Source of the DNA: Sedimentisphaerales bacterium
GTDB lineage: Bacteria; Planctomycetota; Phycisphaerae; Sedimentisphaerales; Anaerobacaceae
NCBI GenBank assembly: GCA_963708075.1
Contig: OY970194.1
Coordinates: 96,001 to 160,000 of the forward strand
DNA length: 64,000 bases
Direction: 5' to 3'
The number at the start of each line of letters is the position of its first letter. Position 1 is the first letter of the stretch. The position numbers and the translations under genes are program-made. Below, in pieces: positions 1 through 10,800 of the stretch. The notes below the pieces were generated by a model. It searched no databases. It worked only from the letters and a program-made list of their open reading frames with translations, and was not told the DNA's origin.

Positions 1-471
1 CCAGGAGAAGGCCAGGAACATGCTTTCGCGTCTGCCCCTGAGCGCCTCGGCATACGTCACGACCTCTTCCTTGGTGCAGGCGTCGATGTGGTTGATGCCT
101 GACTCGATGCACCGGGTAACCACGTCCCGGCGATTCTTCTTGAAGGCCTCATCGTCGAGCTTGGCGGCGAGAAAGTTGTCGCCCTCGAAGGCACTGGGCA
201 CCATCCTGTTGACCCGTTTCCAGTGTCCGCCCATGCACACGGCCGACACCCACAGATCGGTCTTGCCTAGCCGGTGATACTCCATCTCGGGATTGTAGCT
301 GCGTGTTTTCTCGGCACCTGTCGCCCTTGTGGCTCCCACCACCGGTTCCGTCCTGCAACTGGTCGCGGCCATGCCGACGGCTAGTCCGGCGGCTGTCACG
401 GTGCCGTCCCGCAACAACTCGCGTCGGGTCAGATTCTCTGGCTTGTTGGGTTGTTGGCTCTTGCTATTCAT
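1..471 (-). CDS. Tat-exported aldo/keto reductase family protein (partial, runs off the left edge)
   Basis: Translated by hand (absent from ORF track): MNSKSQQPNKPENLTRRELLRDG...MEYHRLGKTDLWVSAVCMGG...CIESGINHIDAC; twin-Arg signal, AKR N-terminal signature, GGAG RBS. Confidence 0.8.
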   Translation of the reverse strand, partial: MNSKSQQPNKPENLTRRELLRDGTVTAAGLAVGMAATSCRTEPVVGATRATGAEKTRSYNPEMEYHRLGKTDLWVSAVCMGGHWKRVNRMVPSAFEGDNFLAAKLDDEAFKKNRRDVVTRCIESGINHIDACTKEEVVTYAEALRGRRESMFLAFSW

Positions 472-510
472 GGTCTTCTCCTTGCGATCTATAGTCTCGA
501 ATCGAAGCGC

Positions 511-1440
511 CTATGTATTTGTCGTTCCATGAAGCTGGGCATAACAGTTCTTCAAGTAGTCCCGCGCGGTTACCAGGTTCGTCATCGTGGTCTCTGTCCC
601 CGGGTGCTCATGCATGAAGGGATTGACGTATCCACGATAGCGTATCTGCGCCAAAGCACGAATCCACGGCATCATGTCGGTGGGGCCGACGCCGGGAAGC
701 TGCTTCACGCCCGGCTGATTTTGCCACGCATAAAAGAAAAACAACTGCTGCCCGCAAATGCGAATCGCCTCGGGCACCGAGACTTTGAGGGCCTGGATGT
801 GGTAGGGGGCCAGGGCAATCCCCAGTCGCGGCGAGGTATTCGTATCGACAAACGCCTTGAGCGAGTCGAGCGAATCCAGCAGGGCCTGTCCGTGGTTCTC
901 GATAGCCAGGTACGAGTTGTACTTCTCCGCCAACTCGATGGAGGGCTTGAGGCCGTCAATGAATTGCCGCATCCGGCCGCCCAGTTCCTCCGGCTTGCAC
1001 GGACCTGCGCTGCTCTGGATGGCCAAGCCGCCGCCGGCTTTGCCCAGCAGCTCGGCATATCGCTCGTAGCCGCCCTGATAAACGGAGAATGCGAACAGCT
1101 TGAGCTTGTGCCTGGCCAGCAATTCCTTCAATCCCTCGGGCCCGAGCCGTGAGGCGACATCGTCCAGATGCGGACAGCCTTCGTAGGCGGACCAGATATC
1201 GATCGCTTCAAAGCCCAGCTCAGAGATCTTTTCGCAGGCTTTCTCAATGGGCAGCTCCATGAAATGGATGGAGGAGGTGGACAGCCGCATCCGCCAGGGC
1301 GACGCATTGGCCGGTCGCAGCACGTCACTGGTTGACTCTGCTCTTACGGTCCGCGATGCAGCAACCGCCCCCATCAGTTGCAGGAAACTGCGCCGACCGA
1401 TTGTCTGGTCCATAGAACGCCTCTTCTGCTCGCCGCTCAT
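511..1440 (-). CDS. Tat-exported sugar phosphate isomerase/epimerase (xylose isomerase-like TIM barrel)
   Basis: RRSFLQ Tat motif; GFEAIDIW, LAIENHG, IRYRGYV motifs; start uncertain (1494/1440/1413). Confidence 0.8.
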   Translation of the reverse strand: MSGEQKRRSMDQTIGRRSFLQLMGAVAASRTVRAESTSDVLRPANASPWRMRLSTSSIHFMELPIEKACEKISELGFEAIDIWSAYEGCPHLDDVASRLGPEGLKELLARHKLKLFAFSVYQGGYERYAELLGKAGGGLAIQSSAGPCKPEELGGRMRQFIDGLKPSIELAEKYNSYLAIENHGQALLDSLDSLKAFVDTNTSPRLGIALAPYHIQALKVSVPEAIRICGQQLFFFYAWQNQPGVKQLPGVGPTDMMPWIRALAQIRYRGYVNPFMHEHPGTETTMTNLVTARDYLKNCYAQLHGTTNT

Positions 1441-1537
1441 GCACTGCTCACCCAACGGCTTGTTCAAGGTATCAGACGGGTCGGGATTCCGCAAGCATTG
1501 ATTCTTGCCTGAGCGACCTGCGCCCTATAATGCTGCT

Positions 1538-2308
1538 ATGCCTTCGCCTGAACAGGAACAGAACCAGACTCTCGTGCCTGCTCTGAACGAGCTTACGATC
1601 AGGGTCGTTCACGACAACTACCCGTGTGCCGATTCGTTAAGGACCGCATGGGGATTCTCGGCCCTTGTCACCGGGCCGGAGAAAACCATTCTTTTCGATA
1701 CGGGCAGTGACGGCACGCTTCTGTTGCAGAACATGGCGAGCCTGCAAGTCGAGCCCGCCGGCATTGACACGGTTGTCCTGTCGCACATTCACGCTGATCA
1801 CACCGGTGGACTGACCGGCTTTCTGAAGGCCAATGCCCGCGTCGAGGTGTACGTGCCCCGGTCCTTCCCGGCAAGGGTCAAAGGCGTTGTGCGGGGATAT
1901 GGAGCGACCATCGTCGAGGTGACCACATCTCGGGAGATCTGCCCGAATGTGTACACGACCGGCGTCTTGGGCAGACTCATCAAGGAGCAGGCCCTGATCG
2001 TTCGCACGCAGCGCGGGCTCGTCGTTCTCACCGGCTGTGCCCATCCCGGCATCGTAAGAATCGTGGAGGAAGTCGAGAGCCTGCACCCGGAGAACATCCT
2101 GCTCGTCATGGGCGGATTCCATCTCGAATGGGCCACAAAAGGAAGAGTGGAAAGGATCGTCGCCGCCTTCGAAGAGCATGGCGTCCGATACGTTGCGCCG
2201 ACCCACTGCTCCGGCGAGAGGGCAAGGCATCTGTTTCAGCAGCACTATGGAGAGGGCCACATCGATGCAGGAGCAGGCAAGACAATTTTCCTCACCGACC
2301 TATCGTGA
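1538..2308 (+). CDS. MBL-fold metallo-hydrolase
   Basis: ILFDTG, SHIHADHTGG, TGCAHPG, GGFHL, PTHCSG motifs. Confidence 0.88.
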   Translation: MPSPEQEQNQTLVPALNELTIRVVHDNYPCADSLRTAWGFSALVTGPEKTILFDTGSDGTLLLQNMASLQVEPAGIDTVVLSHIHADHTGGLTGFLKANARVEVYVPRSFPARVKGVVRGYGATIVEVTTSREICPNVYTTGVLGRLIKEQALIVRTQRGLVVLTGCAHPGIVRIVEEVESLHPENILLVMGGFHLEWATKGRVERIVAAFEEHGVRYVAPTHCSGERARHLFQQHYGEGHIDAGAGKTIFLTDLS

Positions 2309-2391
2309 CGCCACATTTCCCTGTGAACGCCCATTCTGCATCGCCACAATAGCCAGCCCGCAACTCGCCGGTTGCGAATGCACTCTCGCGA

Positions 2392-4251
2392 CTACGTCTG
2401 GCCTTGCGGCTGCGGCTGTTTCTGTGATTGTCCCGGCGGCGGGCTCTGCTGGCGCTGCTCCTGCATTTTCTGCTGCTGCAACTGCATGAAGACTCCCATG
2501 ATCTCCATCAGATGCTGTTTGGGCAGGGCCAACTCGACCCCCAGGCTGCCGCCGGTCATCTTCCCCGCAACAGCGATATTGGTCTGGCTTTGCACGGACG
2601 TCTGCGGGATCGGTAAAGGCATGATCGCCGCGACCAGTTGGAGCACACGCAGGTAGTTGTACGTCACAAAGAAGTTGGCCTTTTCCGACCCGGGGATCAA
2701 TTGCATGGCCGCCTGGACCTCACTGGGGGCCGGCTGTGTGTCGCCGCCTTTCACCTGATCGATCAGCTTGTGCACCAGCGTCCCGGAGTCACCCGCAACC
2801 GCATAGACCAGCAGATTGTTGACCACGGCAAACCGGCCCTCGATCCCTTGGCCGAAGATCATAGAGAGCATCTGGCTCTCCTGGGAGTTCGGATCGGTTG
2901 GATTGAAGCTGACCCTGACCACATCGACGGGCACATCCTTGTATGTCTCCGCTTTGCGCTTGAGCTCGAACTTGATCCCCATCCCCGACTGTTTCATGAG
3001 GTCGGCGAACGGGCCGGATTCAAACATGGCCGGGGCCTGTTCTATCGCTCGATAAAACGCCTGCGGGTCCTTCAGGCCAACGACATACTGCAGCCTGAAC
3101 GGTGGCTTGGTTTTCGCATCCATCGAGAACGAAGCCGCCAGCGTCCCGGTGAGGGAATTGGTTGCATCTGTCGCCAGTTTCTTCAGCTTGCTGACCTCCT
3201 CGCTGGACGCATCCTTGCCTGTGAGCTTGGGGATCATGTCGAAATAGAAGTTGTTGAGCCGGTTCCAAGTGGCCGGGTCCACGGACATGACGAGATTCAT
3301 GACCGCCCCATTTTCGAGGTACTGCATGAACTTCTTGTCCGGGGCTCCGGCGGATCCCTGAAGAACCTTTGCCATCTCGGTATTAGGCACAGCGGTTGCC
3401 ACGAATCCGGCACGAATCGCATCAGGAGTCGGGTCCAGCGTCAGGCTCGCGGACTGCATCTCCTGCATCAGCGAGTTCAACATCGCTATGTTCATATCCA
3501 TGGCCGCGCCGGCCTGGCCGATCTGGCCCTGTTTCTGCGTCTCCTGCATGGCCTTCTTCGCTTCCTGGAGCTTGGCCTGGATCATCGGCCCATACATCTT
3601 GGACACCGTCTGGATGTTGGCGTACCCCCACACCGGGGCGTCCTGGGCGCGTTTCAATTCGTCGGGACTGAGTCTCTTGGCCAGCGCGGTCGCTCCCGGG
3701 CCGGCGAGCAACTTCTTCGTCTCGATCAGGGCCTGCCGGTTATTCGGGGTAGTCACCAGAGCATAGCCGGGCACGCCGGCAGCCATGAACATCGGTTGCT
3801 CTTTGGGGCCGATCGCGGAAAGGCCCTGCGCATCGGGAGGGGTCACATTCGGATTGCCTTCTGTAAACTGTTTGTAGTCGCTCATAGGGACAAGCAGCCC
3901 GAAGCGTTTGATGTCCGGCTTGTCGCCGCCGGGCAGCGGCCCGAAAATGGCGAAGCTTCCGGACATGTTGATCCCTTTGGGCTCCGTACTGCCCAGGAAC
4001 TTGGCCAACTGGGCAGGCACGATCCCGGAGACGCCAATAGGCGATATGCCGGTCAGGAACTGGTCGATCTTGCCCATTGTCCCCGTCAGATTGTTGATCC
4101 GAACGCAGAACAGGGAATCGGCGGGGATGACCGAGATCGGATCGCCGGAGGCCGGCTGCGGGCCGCTTGCGGCACCGATGGCCGCCGTACAGAACAGGGA
4201 TATCGATGTCCACAGAACAAGTGCCAATCTCGCCTGGCTCAATCGTACCAT
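2392..4251 (-). CDS. Secreted hypothetical protein with Gln/Pro-rich C-terminal tail
   Basis: About 620 aa ORF, signal peptide, GGAGG RBS before ATG 4251; no catalytic motif recognised. Confidence 0.8.
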   Translation of the reverse strand: MVRLSQARLALVLWTSISLFCTAAIGAASGPQPASGDPISVIPADSLFCVRINNLTGTMGKIDQFLTGISPIGVSGIVPAQLAKFLGSTEPKGINMSGSFAIFGPLPGGDKPDIKRFGLLVPMSDYKQFTEGNPNVTPPDAQGLSAIGPKEQPMFMAAGVPGYALVTTPNNRQALIETKKLLAGPGATALAKRLSPDELKRAQDAPVWGYANIQTVSKMYGPMIQAKLQEAKKAMQETQKQGQIGQAGAAMDMNIAMLNSLMQEMQSASLTLDPTPDAIRAGFVATAVPNTEMAKVLQGSAGAPDKKFMQYLENGAVMNLVMSVDPATWNRLNNFYFDMIPKLTGKDASSEEVSKLKKLATDATNSLTGTLAASFSMDAKTKPPFRLQYVVGLKDPQAFYRAIEQAPAMFESGPFADLMKQSGMGIKFELKRKAETYKDVPVDVVRVSFNPTDPNSQESQMLSMIFGQGIEGRFAVVNNLLVYAVAGDSGTLVHKLIDQVKGGDTQPAPSEVQAAMQLIPGSEKANFFVTYNYLRVLQLVAAIMPLPIPQTSVQSQTNIAVAGKMTGGSLGVELALPKQHLMEIMGVFMQLQQQKMQEQRQQSPPPGQSQKQPQPQGQT

Positions 4252-4271
4252 TGTGCAACCTCCTGCTGAGA

Positions 4272-4352
4272 ATTTACGATTTACCATTTACGATTTACGA
4301 TTGCGAATGATAAATCGTAAATGGTAAATCATCAATTGACAATCTTAAATCT
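4272..4352. repeat. Inverted heptamer (ATTTACG) tandem array forming a hairpin
   Basis: 4278-4297 GATTTACCATTTACGATTTA is the exact reverse complement of 4311-4330; 13-nt loop. Confidence 0.9.
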
Positions 4353-4375
4353 GGAAATCATGTCTCGCTCTTGGC

Positions 4376-4981
4376 CTACCGCCTTCTACTATACGTGCTC
4401 ATGATCTGTCCCTGTGCGAGGATATGCCCCTCCATGACTTCGAGCAGATCGGCCTTTCTCTTGCCCGGCGGCAGGTTTACCTGTGTATTGAGAGCGTAGA
4501 TCTTGAAGAAGTAGTGATGGGTTCCACTCGGCGGGCATGGCCCCATGTAGCCGAAATCGCCTCCGTCGTTTATCCCTTGCCTGGCGCCGTTGGAGAGGAT
4601 TTTGTCACGGGCCATGTCCTCCGGCAGCTCCCGCGTGCTCGCGGGCAGATCGTAGAGCACCCAGTGGACGAACGTCCTGCGCGGTGCATCCGGGTCGTCG
4701 GCGATCAGGACGAAGCTCTTTGTCCCTTCCGGACCCGACTCCCAACTCAACGGGGGCGAGATGTCCTCGCCGTCGCACGTGTACTGTCGGGGAATGGCGC
4801 CGCCTTCTTTGAACGCGGAGCTCATGACCTGCATCGTCGCAACGTCGATGTCCATCGTCGTCCTGGCCATATCGTTCTCTCCATTCCTGCACGAAAAGAG
4901 CCCCGTCGCAAGCATAGTGACGGGGCAGATGATGGTTGCTATCCTCCACCTTACGCTGGCGTGCTGCTTTCTTGCCTGCAT
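4376..4981 (-). CDS. YbhB/YbcL (PEBP, Raf kinase inhibitor-like) protein
   Basis: YTCDGEDISPPL, DDPDAP, FVHWVLYD, GYMGPCPPSGTHHY; start uncertain, possible lipoprotein signal. Confidence 0.92.
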   Translation of the reverse strand: MQARKQHASVRWRIATIICPVTMLATGLFSCRNGENDMARTTMDIDVATMQVMSSAFKEGGAIPRQYTCDGEDISPPLSWESGPEGTKSFVLIADDPDAPRRTFVHWVLYDLPASTRELPEDMARDKILSNGARQGINDGGDFGYMGPCPPSGTHHYFFKIYALNTQVNLPPGKRKADLLEVMEGHILAQGQIMSTYSRRR

Positions 4982-5141
4982 CGTGTTGTTCCGCCATGTC
5001 CTGATGCTGTTTCCCCCTGCGTATTACCGGGGCAGCCGGCAACTGTCCCTACGTTGACTCTACCTGTGGTGCGGCCACAATCACAAGAGGCATTCCGGCA
5101 CAGTGGCTAAGGATTTCCCCGATGGTTTATGGGCAGCGGAA

Positions 5142-5828
<687 letters not shown>

Positions 5829-5851
5829 AGCGCCCGGGTCTCCATGAGGTA

Positions 5852-6445
5852 TCAATCTACGATGACCTCCTTGAGCGAACGCTTGGGGACATGGTGGACC
5901 GCGTCACGGTCTCGCCAGTACTTGATGTCCCCGTTGGGCCCGACCTCGTCGATGACTACCTGCTCCCGTGGCTTACCCAGGGCGATTACGAGGAGGATTT
6001 CGTACCGCGACGGGATGGCCAATGCTTCGCGAAGCTCCTCCCTCTTGATCAAGCCGATCATGCATCCGGCGAGCCCCTTCTCGCGGGCGCCGAGGAGGAT
6101 GCTCTGCGCCGCGATGCCGTGGTCGCAGCCGAAGCCCTTACTGATCTGCGTGTCGCCGAGAATGATGATATAGCCGGCCGGCCGCTCCCCCGGCGAGGGC
6201 CCCGGCCACTCTTTCAGATACGCAGCCCAAGCCAGATGCGGGAAAATGCCGGCATTTTCCTGCGGCTCGTGCGAGAGGAAATACTTCAGCGGCTGCAGGT
6301 TCCCCGCCGAGGCGGAGAGCCTGGCCAGATCCACCAACTCTTCGAGCGTTCGACGCTCGACGGTGAATCCCTCTTCGAACCGCCGACAGCTCCTGTTACT
6401 AATGATAAGGTCGCGTATCACGGGCGTTCTCTCCAGGGTACTCAT
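5852..6445 (-). CDS. Nitroreductase family protein
   Basis: NRSCRRF, SASAGNLQP, DHGIAAQSILL, HVPKRSL; ATGA overlap with upstream gene. Confidence 0.92.
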   Translation of the reverse strand: MSTLERTPVIRDLIISNRSCRRFEEGFTVERRTLEELVDLARLSASAGNLQPLKYFLSHEPQENAGIFPHLAWAAYLKEWPGPSPGERPAGYIIILGDTQISKGFGCDHGIAAQSILLGAREKGLAGCMIGLIKREELREALAIPSRYEILLVIALGKPREQVVIDEVGPNGDIKYWRDRDAVHHVPKRSLKEVIVD

Positions 6446-9400
6446 CGCTCCTGCTGCCGGCCTATTGCGATCTCCATGTCTTGTCCCTCCGACACGCGTA
6501 CGGGGTCGGCGAGCTCAATCTGGACTCGGCCATTCTGCACAATATGCTGGCTCTTGACTGATCTGTCGCCGATCCGGGCTGCGACATTCACCGCCTTCCA
6601 GCCTTCGGGAATGGCGAATGCAAGGGTCTTCAAATTCAGACGGCCCCAGCGGACGCCGATCTGCTCTCGCTGCGAGTCTTGGGTCCGGGTTTGGGCGAAT
6701 GAGCCCCATCCTTCGGCACCTGTGAACGCGGCCCGGAAATTGTCCGGCGTGATGCGCGGGGCAAAGCCGATATGTCCCTTCGGGCCGTGGTACTCGAAGC
6801 CGGACAAGGCGGTATAGACGCCCCAACTGGCCATGGCTCGGGCGTAGTGGTCGCCGCACTCGATCTCGTTGAATGGATTGTGCTTGGCCGGGTGGTAACG
6901 GTCCTCGACCCCGCGACAGATGGCCAGGGCTTCGGTGAGCATATTCTCCCAGACCATGTGGCCTGCCACCTGGTACTCGATGCCGGTCCAGACCTCCTCG
7001 CGGTATCGCACACCCTCTTTCAGGTACTCGCTCTTGGGCCATGTGCACGTGAAGAGTCCCGCCTCGCCGGGCAGGGCGAACCATCGCTCCGGCGGATGTG
7101 CGCCGTTGTGCGGCCCCACGTCGGGGGCCCAGTCGTACTTCCAGATCGACCTCAATGCCTGCTTCACGTTCGTCGGCGGATAGATGTACCCGAGCCCGAG
7201 TTGGTGGGCCCAGCCCTGTCCGAAGAGCTGGTCGGCCAGACATCCCTTGCCGTACTGGTCCTTCGGGTGCTTCACCAGATCGACGATCTGAATGAAGTAT
7301 TCGCCGTCCCACAGACGTTCGATGCTGAGCCGGCTGCCGCTCTCGAAGATTTTGCGGCATCGCTGGGCGAATTCATCGTCCCCCATCTGCTTGGCCATCT
7401 CCTCGCCGGCGCGAACGGCGGCCAGGTAGAGTGAGCCGACAAACGTGTTGGGTCCCTCGAAGTTGATGTCATAGGTGTTGTGCTGGCTGTTCTCTATCAG
7501 ACCGTCGTCATTGCCGTCCTGCTTGATCGAGAATTCCAGGGCCTTCTTGATCCACGGCCAGTTGCGCTTGAGGAACGAGTCATCGGGGGAGCACAGGTGC
7601 TCGCGGTATGCCTTGAGAATCGTGCCACATTGCCCATCCGCCGCGTACACGCGATTGCTCCGGAAGCCCACAAGGCCACTATTCTCGTCAAAGCCGGCCC
7701 CGAAGTCCTGCATCTCGCGGGCGCTTCGCTCCAGTTCCGGGAACAGCCGGGCCGGTGCGTGAGCATAGTTCCACACGTGGGTGCAGGTCCCTTCGCAGCA
7801 GCCGACGCCTTCCCACGCCCAGAACCGGCCGCTCTGCCACCACTGGCACGTCCCGGTCGCCATGGTGCTGACCGTTGAATGCAGCCGGAACAGCAGCCAG
7901 CGGGGCAGGGTGCTGTCCTCGTAAAACGTCTGGCACCATTTCTTCGTATCGCCGGCGAGCCGATCGTGGTTGTCCAGCACATAATGAGCGACATCCGCGG
8001 CACTCTTGAAGCGGGCCGCGTACTCGTGTCCCCCCTGCGGATGATTCGGGAAGAACCACGCCAGAACGAACGTGACTGTCCGGGTGGCTCCCGGCGCCAG
8101 TTCCGCGGCTTTCGCGCTCATGGATGTAGTTGCCCTCTCAGTGATTGGATATGACACGTCCTGCTTTGTGTTCCACCCCTTAGCCTGGTCAGCGGTCCGG
8201 GGCGAGTCCTTCCACACGATTGAGCTATCCGAGAAGTCCTCCGCCATAGCGAGCACGAGCGAGCCATAGTCGGGCAGCTTGTCGAAGGGGCCAAGGTCGC
8301 CCTGTTGCGGCTCGTCGGACAACTCGATCTGGTCGATGTTAATGTGTCCCCATCCGCCGGAGTTGCGGTCCACGATCTCGATGCGGGCGGTCTTTCCCTG
8401 GAGGTCTTCGACGTTCCAGAAGAACCATTCGAGCTTCTCATTGTCCTTGCCTGCGGCGGTTCGCACGACCTTGCCATCGACGAGCAGGTTGATGCAGGTT
8501 TCGCCGGCGTGACTGCCGCCTCCGATGAGGAAGTTGATGTACTTGCGGGAGACCTCGAAAGCAGGGGAGGTAAGCGTGCCTTGCGGGCCGTCGCCTCCGA
8601 GGAATGTGTTCACAAGCCCCTTGCCGAGAAAGCCGTTGACGTTTTGCTGACTGGGCAATGTCCCATGTGCGGGCCCTTTGCCGAAAGCCTCTCCCGTCGC
8701 TTGCCAGTCGCCGTAGCTGTCGCCTTCAAAGTCCGCCAGAGTGATCTTCGGTCGGGGCTTTTCGACCTGCTCCTTGGGGGTCTCCTTGGCGGTGTGAACG
8801 ATCAACGTGCGGCCCTTCCCGATTTTGATCTGGCTCTGCCGCTGTCCGTGCACGCTCTTGGCGGAGTTGAAGCACACGGCGTTCTCCAACCAGCTCAGGA
8901 CATTCACACGCTGAGCCTTGTCGGAGGTGTTCTTGAGGGTGATATGGAAGATCGTCGCGGGCAGGGCGGAGTCCCTGGCGTTGAGTGGGATGAAGGGCGA
9001 AAACGCCTCCATCTGTGCAACGATCGGAAAACCATCCGCCCTGTACCGAACCAGCCCGACCGGATACTCACCGGCGAACTCGACAGCACCGAAGTCTTTA
9101 TTCAACGGTCGCACGATGGTCTTGCCGTCAGACTCGATGACCACTGCAAAGCCGGAATCGACAGGTGAGTCGGGCCGGTAGGTTCGATAATTGTCCCGGC
9201 CGTAGCCGCTGAAGATGTGCCGATTGAAGATCTGCCAGAGTCCGAGCGTGCCGTCGCCGCGCAGATACAGTTGCCCCGTCGCGATGCCCCCGATCGGCAT
9301 GCCGATAGTCTCCAACTCCTCACCTGTGTACACCGCTCGCTCGCCCCTCTCGAACAGCGAACGGGTGAACTCCTGCGAGAGGTTCTTGTCGGCGGGGACA

Positions 9401-9501
9401 AGGTGCTTGTCCTTCGATGCGTCCTGCCCAATGGCCCCGGAACCGATCCACAGAAGCGGGGCGCACACGAGCATCGTTTGGATCATTCCTTGTTTTCTCA
9501 T
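6442..9501 (-). CDS. Secreted GH116 glycoside hydrolase with an inserted beta-sandwich domain
   Basis: GMPIGGIATG, WEGVGCCEGTCTHVWNY, HNTYDI, EVWTGIEY, NEIECGDHYARAM; insert DFEGDSYGDW...WGHINIDQI. Confidence 0.88.
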   Translation of the reverse strand: MRKQGMIQTMLVCAPLLWIGSGAIGQDASKDKHLVPADKNLSQEFTRSLFERGERAVYTGEELETIGMPIGGIATGQLYLRGDGTLGLWQIFNRHIFSGYGRDNYRTYRPDSPVDSGFAVVIESDGKTIVRPLNKDFGAVEFAGEYPVGLVRYRADGFPIVAQMEAFSPFIPLNARDSALPATIFHITLKNTSDKAQRVNVLSWLENAVCFNSAKSVHGQRQSQIKIGKGRTLIVHTAKETPKEQVEKPRPKITLADFEGDSYGDWQATGEAFGKGPAHGTLPSQQNVNGFLGKGLVNTFLGGDGPQGTLTSPAFEVSRKYINFLIGGGSHAGETCINLLVDGKVVRTAAGKDNEKLEWFFWNVEDLQGKTARIEIVDRNSGGWGHINIDQIELSDEPQQGDLGPFDKLPDYGSLVLAMAEDFSDSSIVWKDSPRTADQAKGWNTKQDVSYPITERATTSMSAKAAELAPGATRTVTFVLAWFFPNHPQGGHEYAARFKSAADVAHYVLDNHDRLAGDTKKWCQTFYEDSTLPRWLLFRLHSTVSTMATGTCQWWQSGRFWAWEGVGCCEGTCTHVWNYAHAPARLFPELERSAREMQDFGAGFDENSGLVGFRSNRVYAADGQCGTILKAYREHLCSPDDSFLKRNWPWIKKALEFSIKQDGNDDGLIENSQHNTYDINFEGPNTFVGSLYLAAVRAGEEMAKQMGDDEFAQRCRKIFESGSRLSIERLWDGEYFIQIVDLVKHPKDQYGKGCLADQLFGQGWAHQLGLGYIYPPTNVKQALRSIWKYDWAPDVGPHNGAHPPERWFALPGEAGLFTCTWPKSEYLKEGVRYREEVWTGIEYQVAGHMVWENMLTEALAICRGVEDRYHPAKHNPFNEIECGDHYARAMASWGVYTALSGFEYHGPKGHIGFAPRITPDNFRAAFTGAEGWGSFAQTRTQDSQREQIGVRWGRLNLKTLAFAIPEGWKAVNVAARIGDRSVKSQHIVQNGRVQIELADPVRVSEGQDMEIAIGRQQER

Positions 9502-9546
9502 CGTCGATTCCCCTTCATCAGGTTTCCATGAGATGGATTATTGCGG

Positions 9547-10800
9547 TCACAAATCCGTGTCTTTTGCGATGCCCAGCTCGATGGCGAGCAGGGTCGGCTC
9601 GACGATATGCAAGTTGTTCAGCAGTGGCTCGGTATACCTGATATCGCCGTACTCGGCCTCATTGAAATGGTGCTGTTTGCCGACGTGGTTGTTCCAGTCC
9701 ACGCCTTCCGTCAAGAAACCGGTGTCTCGTTGATGATGTTTGGCGATGGCTCGCAGGATGGTCAGCCCATCATTCGTGTACTGCTTGTTGCCCGTGTCTT
9801 GCCAAGCCTCGAAGTAGGCCAGCGCCGCCTCGGCGTTCTCCCACATGTAGGACGTGTCCCAGCTCTTCTCCATGTAGAGCAGTCCCTTCGTTTGCACGCC
9901 GTTGCGGTCGTCCGACATTTTGAACTGGTCAAGGCCCGCGAGACATTTGTCGAACGCAAACGCCCGGATACTCTCATCGTTCAGCAGCTTGGCCACTTGT
10001 CGCAACGTGCGAAACGCCACGGAATACGCGACGTTCTCGTGCTCATCATAGGTGTCATGATTGATGCTGCCGAAGAACCCGCCGTGGTCCGTGAAGACTC
10101 GCACCTTCTGTCGAACCGCCTCTTTGTAGTCGGCAAGTCCGCGCAGTGTGAGAGCCGCGTTGAGCTGGACGATGAACAACCCGTCGGCACTTTTCTCAAA
10201 GAGGATGTCACCATCGCCGTAAGCGTTTTGTGGGAAATGCTCGCCGGTGGGCTTGCAGCGTCTCGGGTACCAGCCGTTCGGTGTTGGCTTGATGTTCCTG
10301 TGAATCCAGTCGGCCGTCTTGATGGCGACCTGCTGTACCACGCTCTTTCGCGGTTCGTCGAGGACGTCACTGAACAGCAGGAGCTGGTAGGCCACCTTGG
10401 CCATGGAGCCGGGACAGAACCAGTTGCTCTTGTGCTGGTAATTCAGGCAGAACTGGTTGGTGGTCGTCTCCCGATAGCCCGTTATGAACCCTGTCTCGTA
10501 GTCGATGAAACCATCCTTCAGTACATGGTCGAGTAGCGACAGGGCCTTGCGCTCCAGACCAGAGTCCTTGTTGTGCCGGGCGAACTGGAACAGCTCGTAC
10601 GCGCCGCCGACGGCATTGGCCGCCCAGCCGGGGCCTTCGAGGTTGCCAAACTCGTGCCAACCCATAATGTTGCCGTCTTTATCGACGAAGCTGGATTTGG
10701 AGCACAGATGGCCGTTGTACTCGGTCATCGTGCGCTCCATCGTGAAGCGGACCGAGTCCCTTATCGAGTCGGCGATCCCGTAGCCAGGATCGCTGGGGAG
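9547..10800 (-). CDS. Probable six-hairpin glycosidase-like domain; likely C-terminal part of the DUF2961 gene (frameshift at 10801-10806)
   Basis: ORF 9547..10740 stays open upstream of its Met (FLPSDPGYGIADSIRDSVRFT-M) back to a T6 run; helical, aromatic-rich sequence. Confidence 0.65.
   Translation of the reverse strand, partial: LPSDPGYGIADSIRDSVRFTMERTMTEYNGHLCSKSSFVDKDGNIMGWHEFGNLEGPGWAANAVGGAYELFQFARHNKDSGLERKALSLLDHVLKDGFIDYETGFITGYRETTTNQFCLNYQHKSNWFCPGSMAKVAYQLLLFSDVLDEPRKSVVQQVAIKTADWIHRNIKPTPNGWYPRRCKPTGEHFPQNAYGDGDILFEKSADGLFIVQLNAALTLRGLADYKEAVRQKVRVFTDHGGFFGSINHDTYDEHENVAYSVAFRTLRQVAKLLNDESIRAFAFDKCLAGLDQFKMSDDRNGVQTKGLLYMEKSWDTSYMWENAEAALAYFEAWQDTGNKQYTNDGLTILRAIAKHHQRDTGFLTEGVDWNNHVGKQHHFNEAEYGDIRYTEPLLNNLHIVEPTLLAIELGIAKDTDL

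Noticed and set aside
4272..4352. CRISPR array
   Set aside because: Short tandem heptamers without unique spacers; no cas genes in the window
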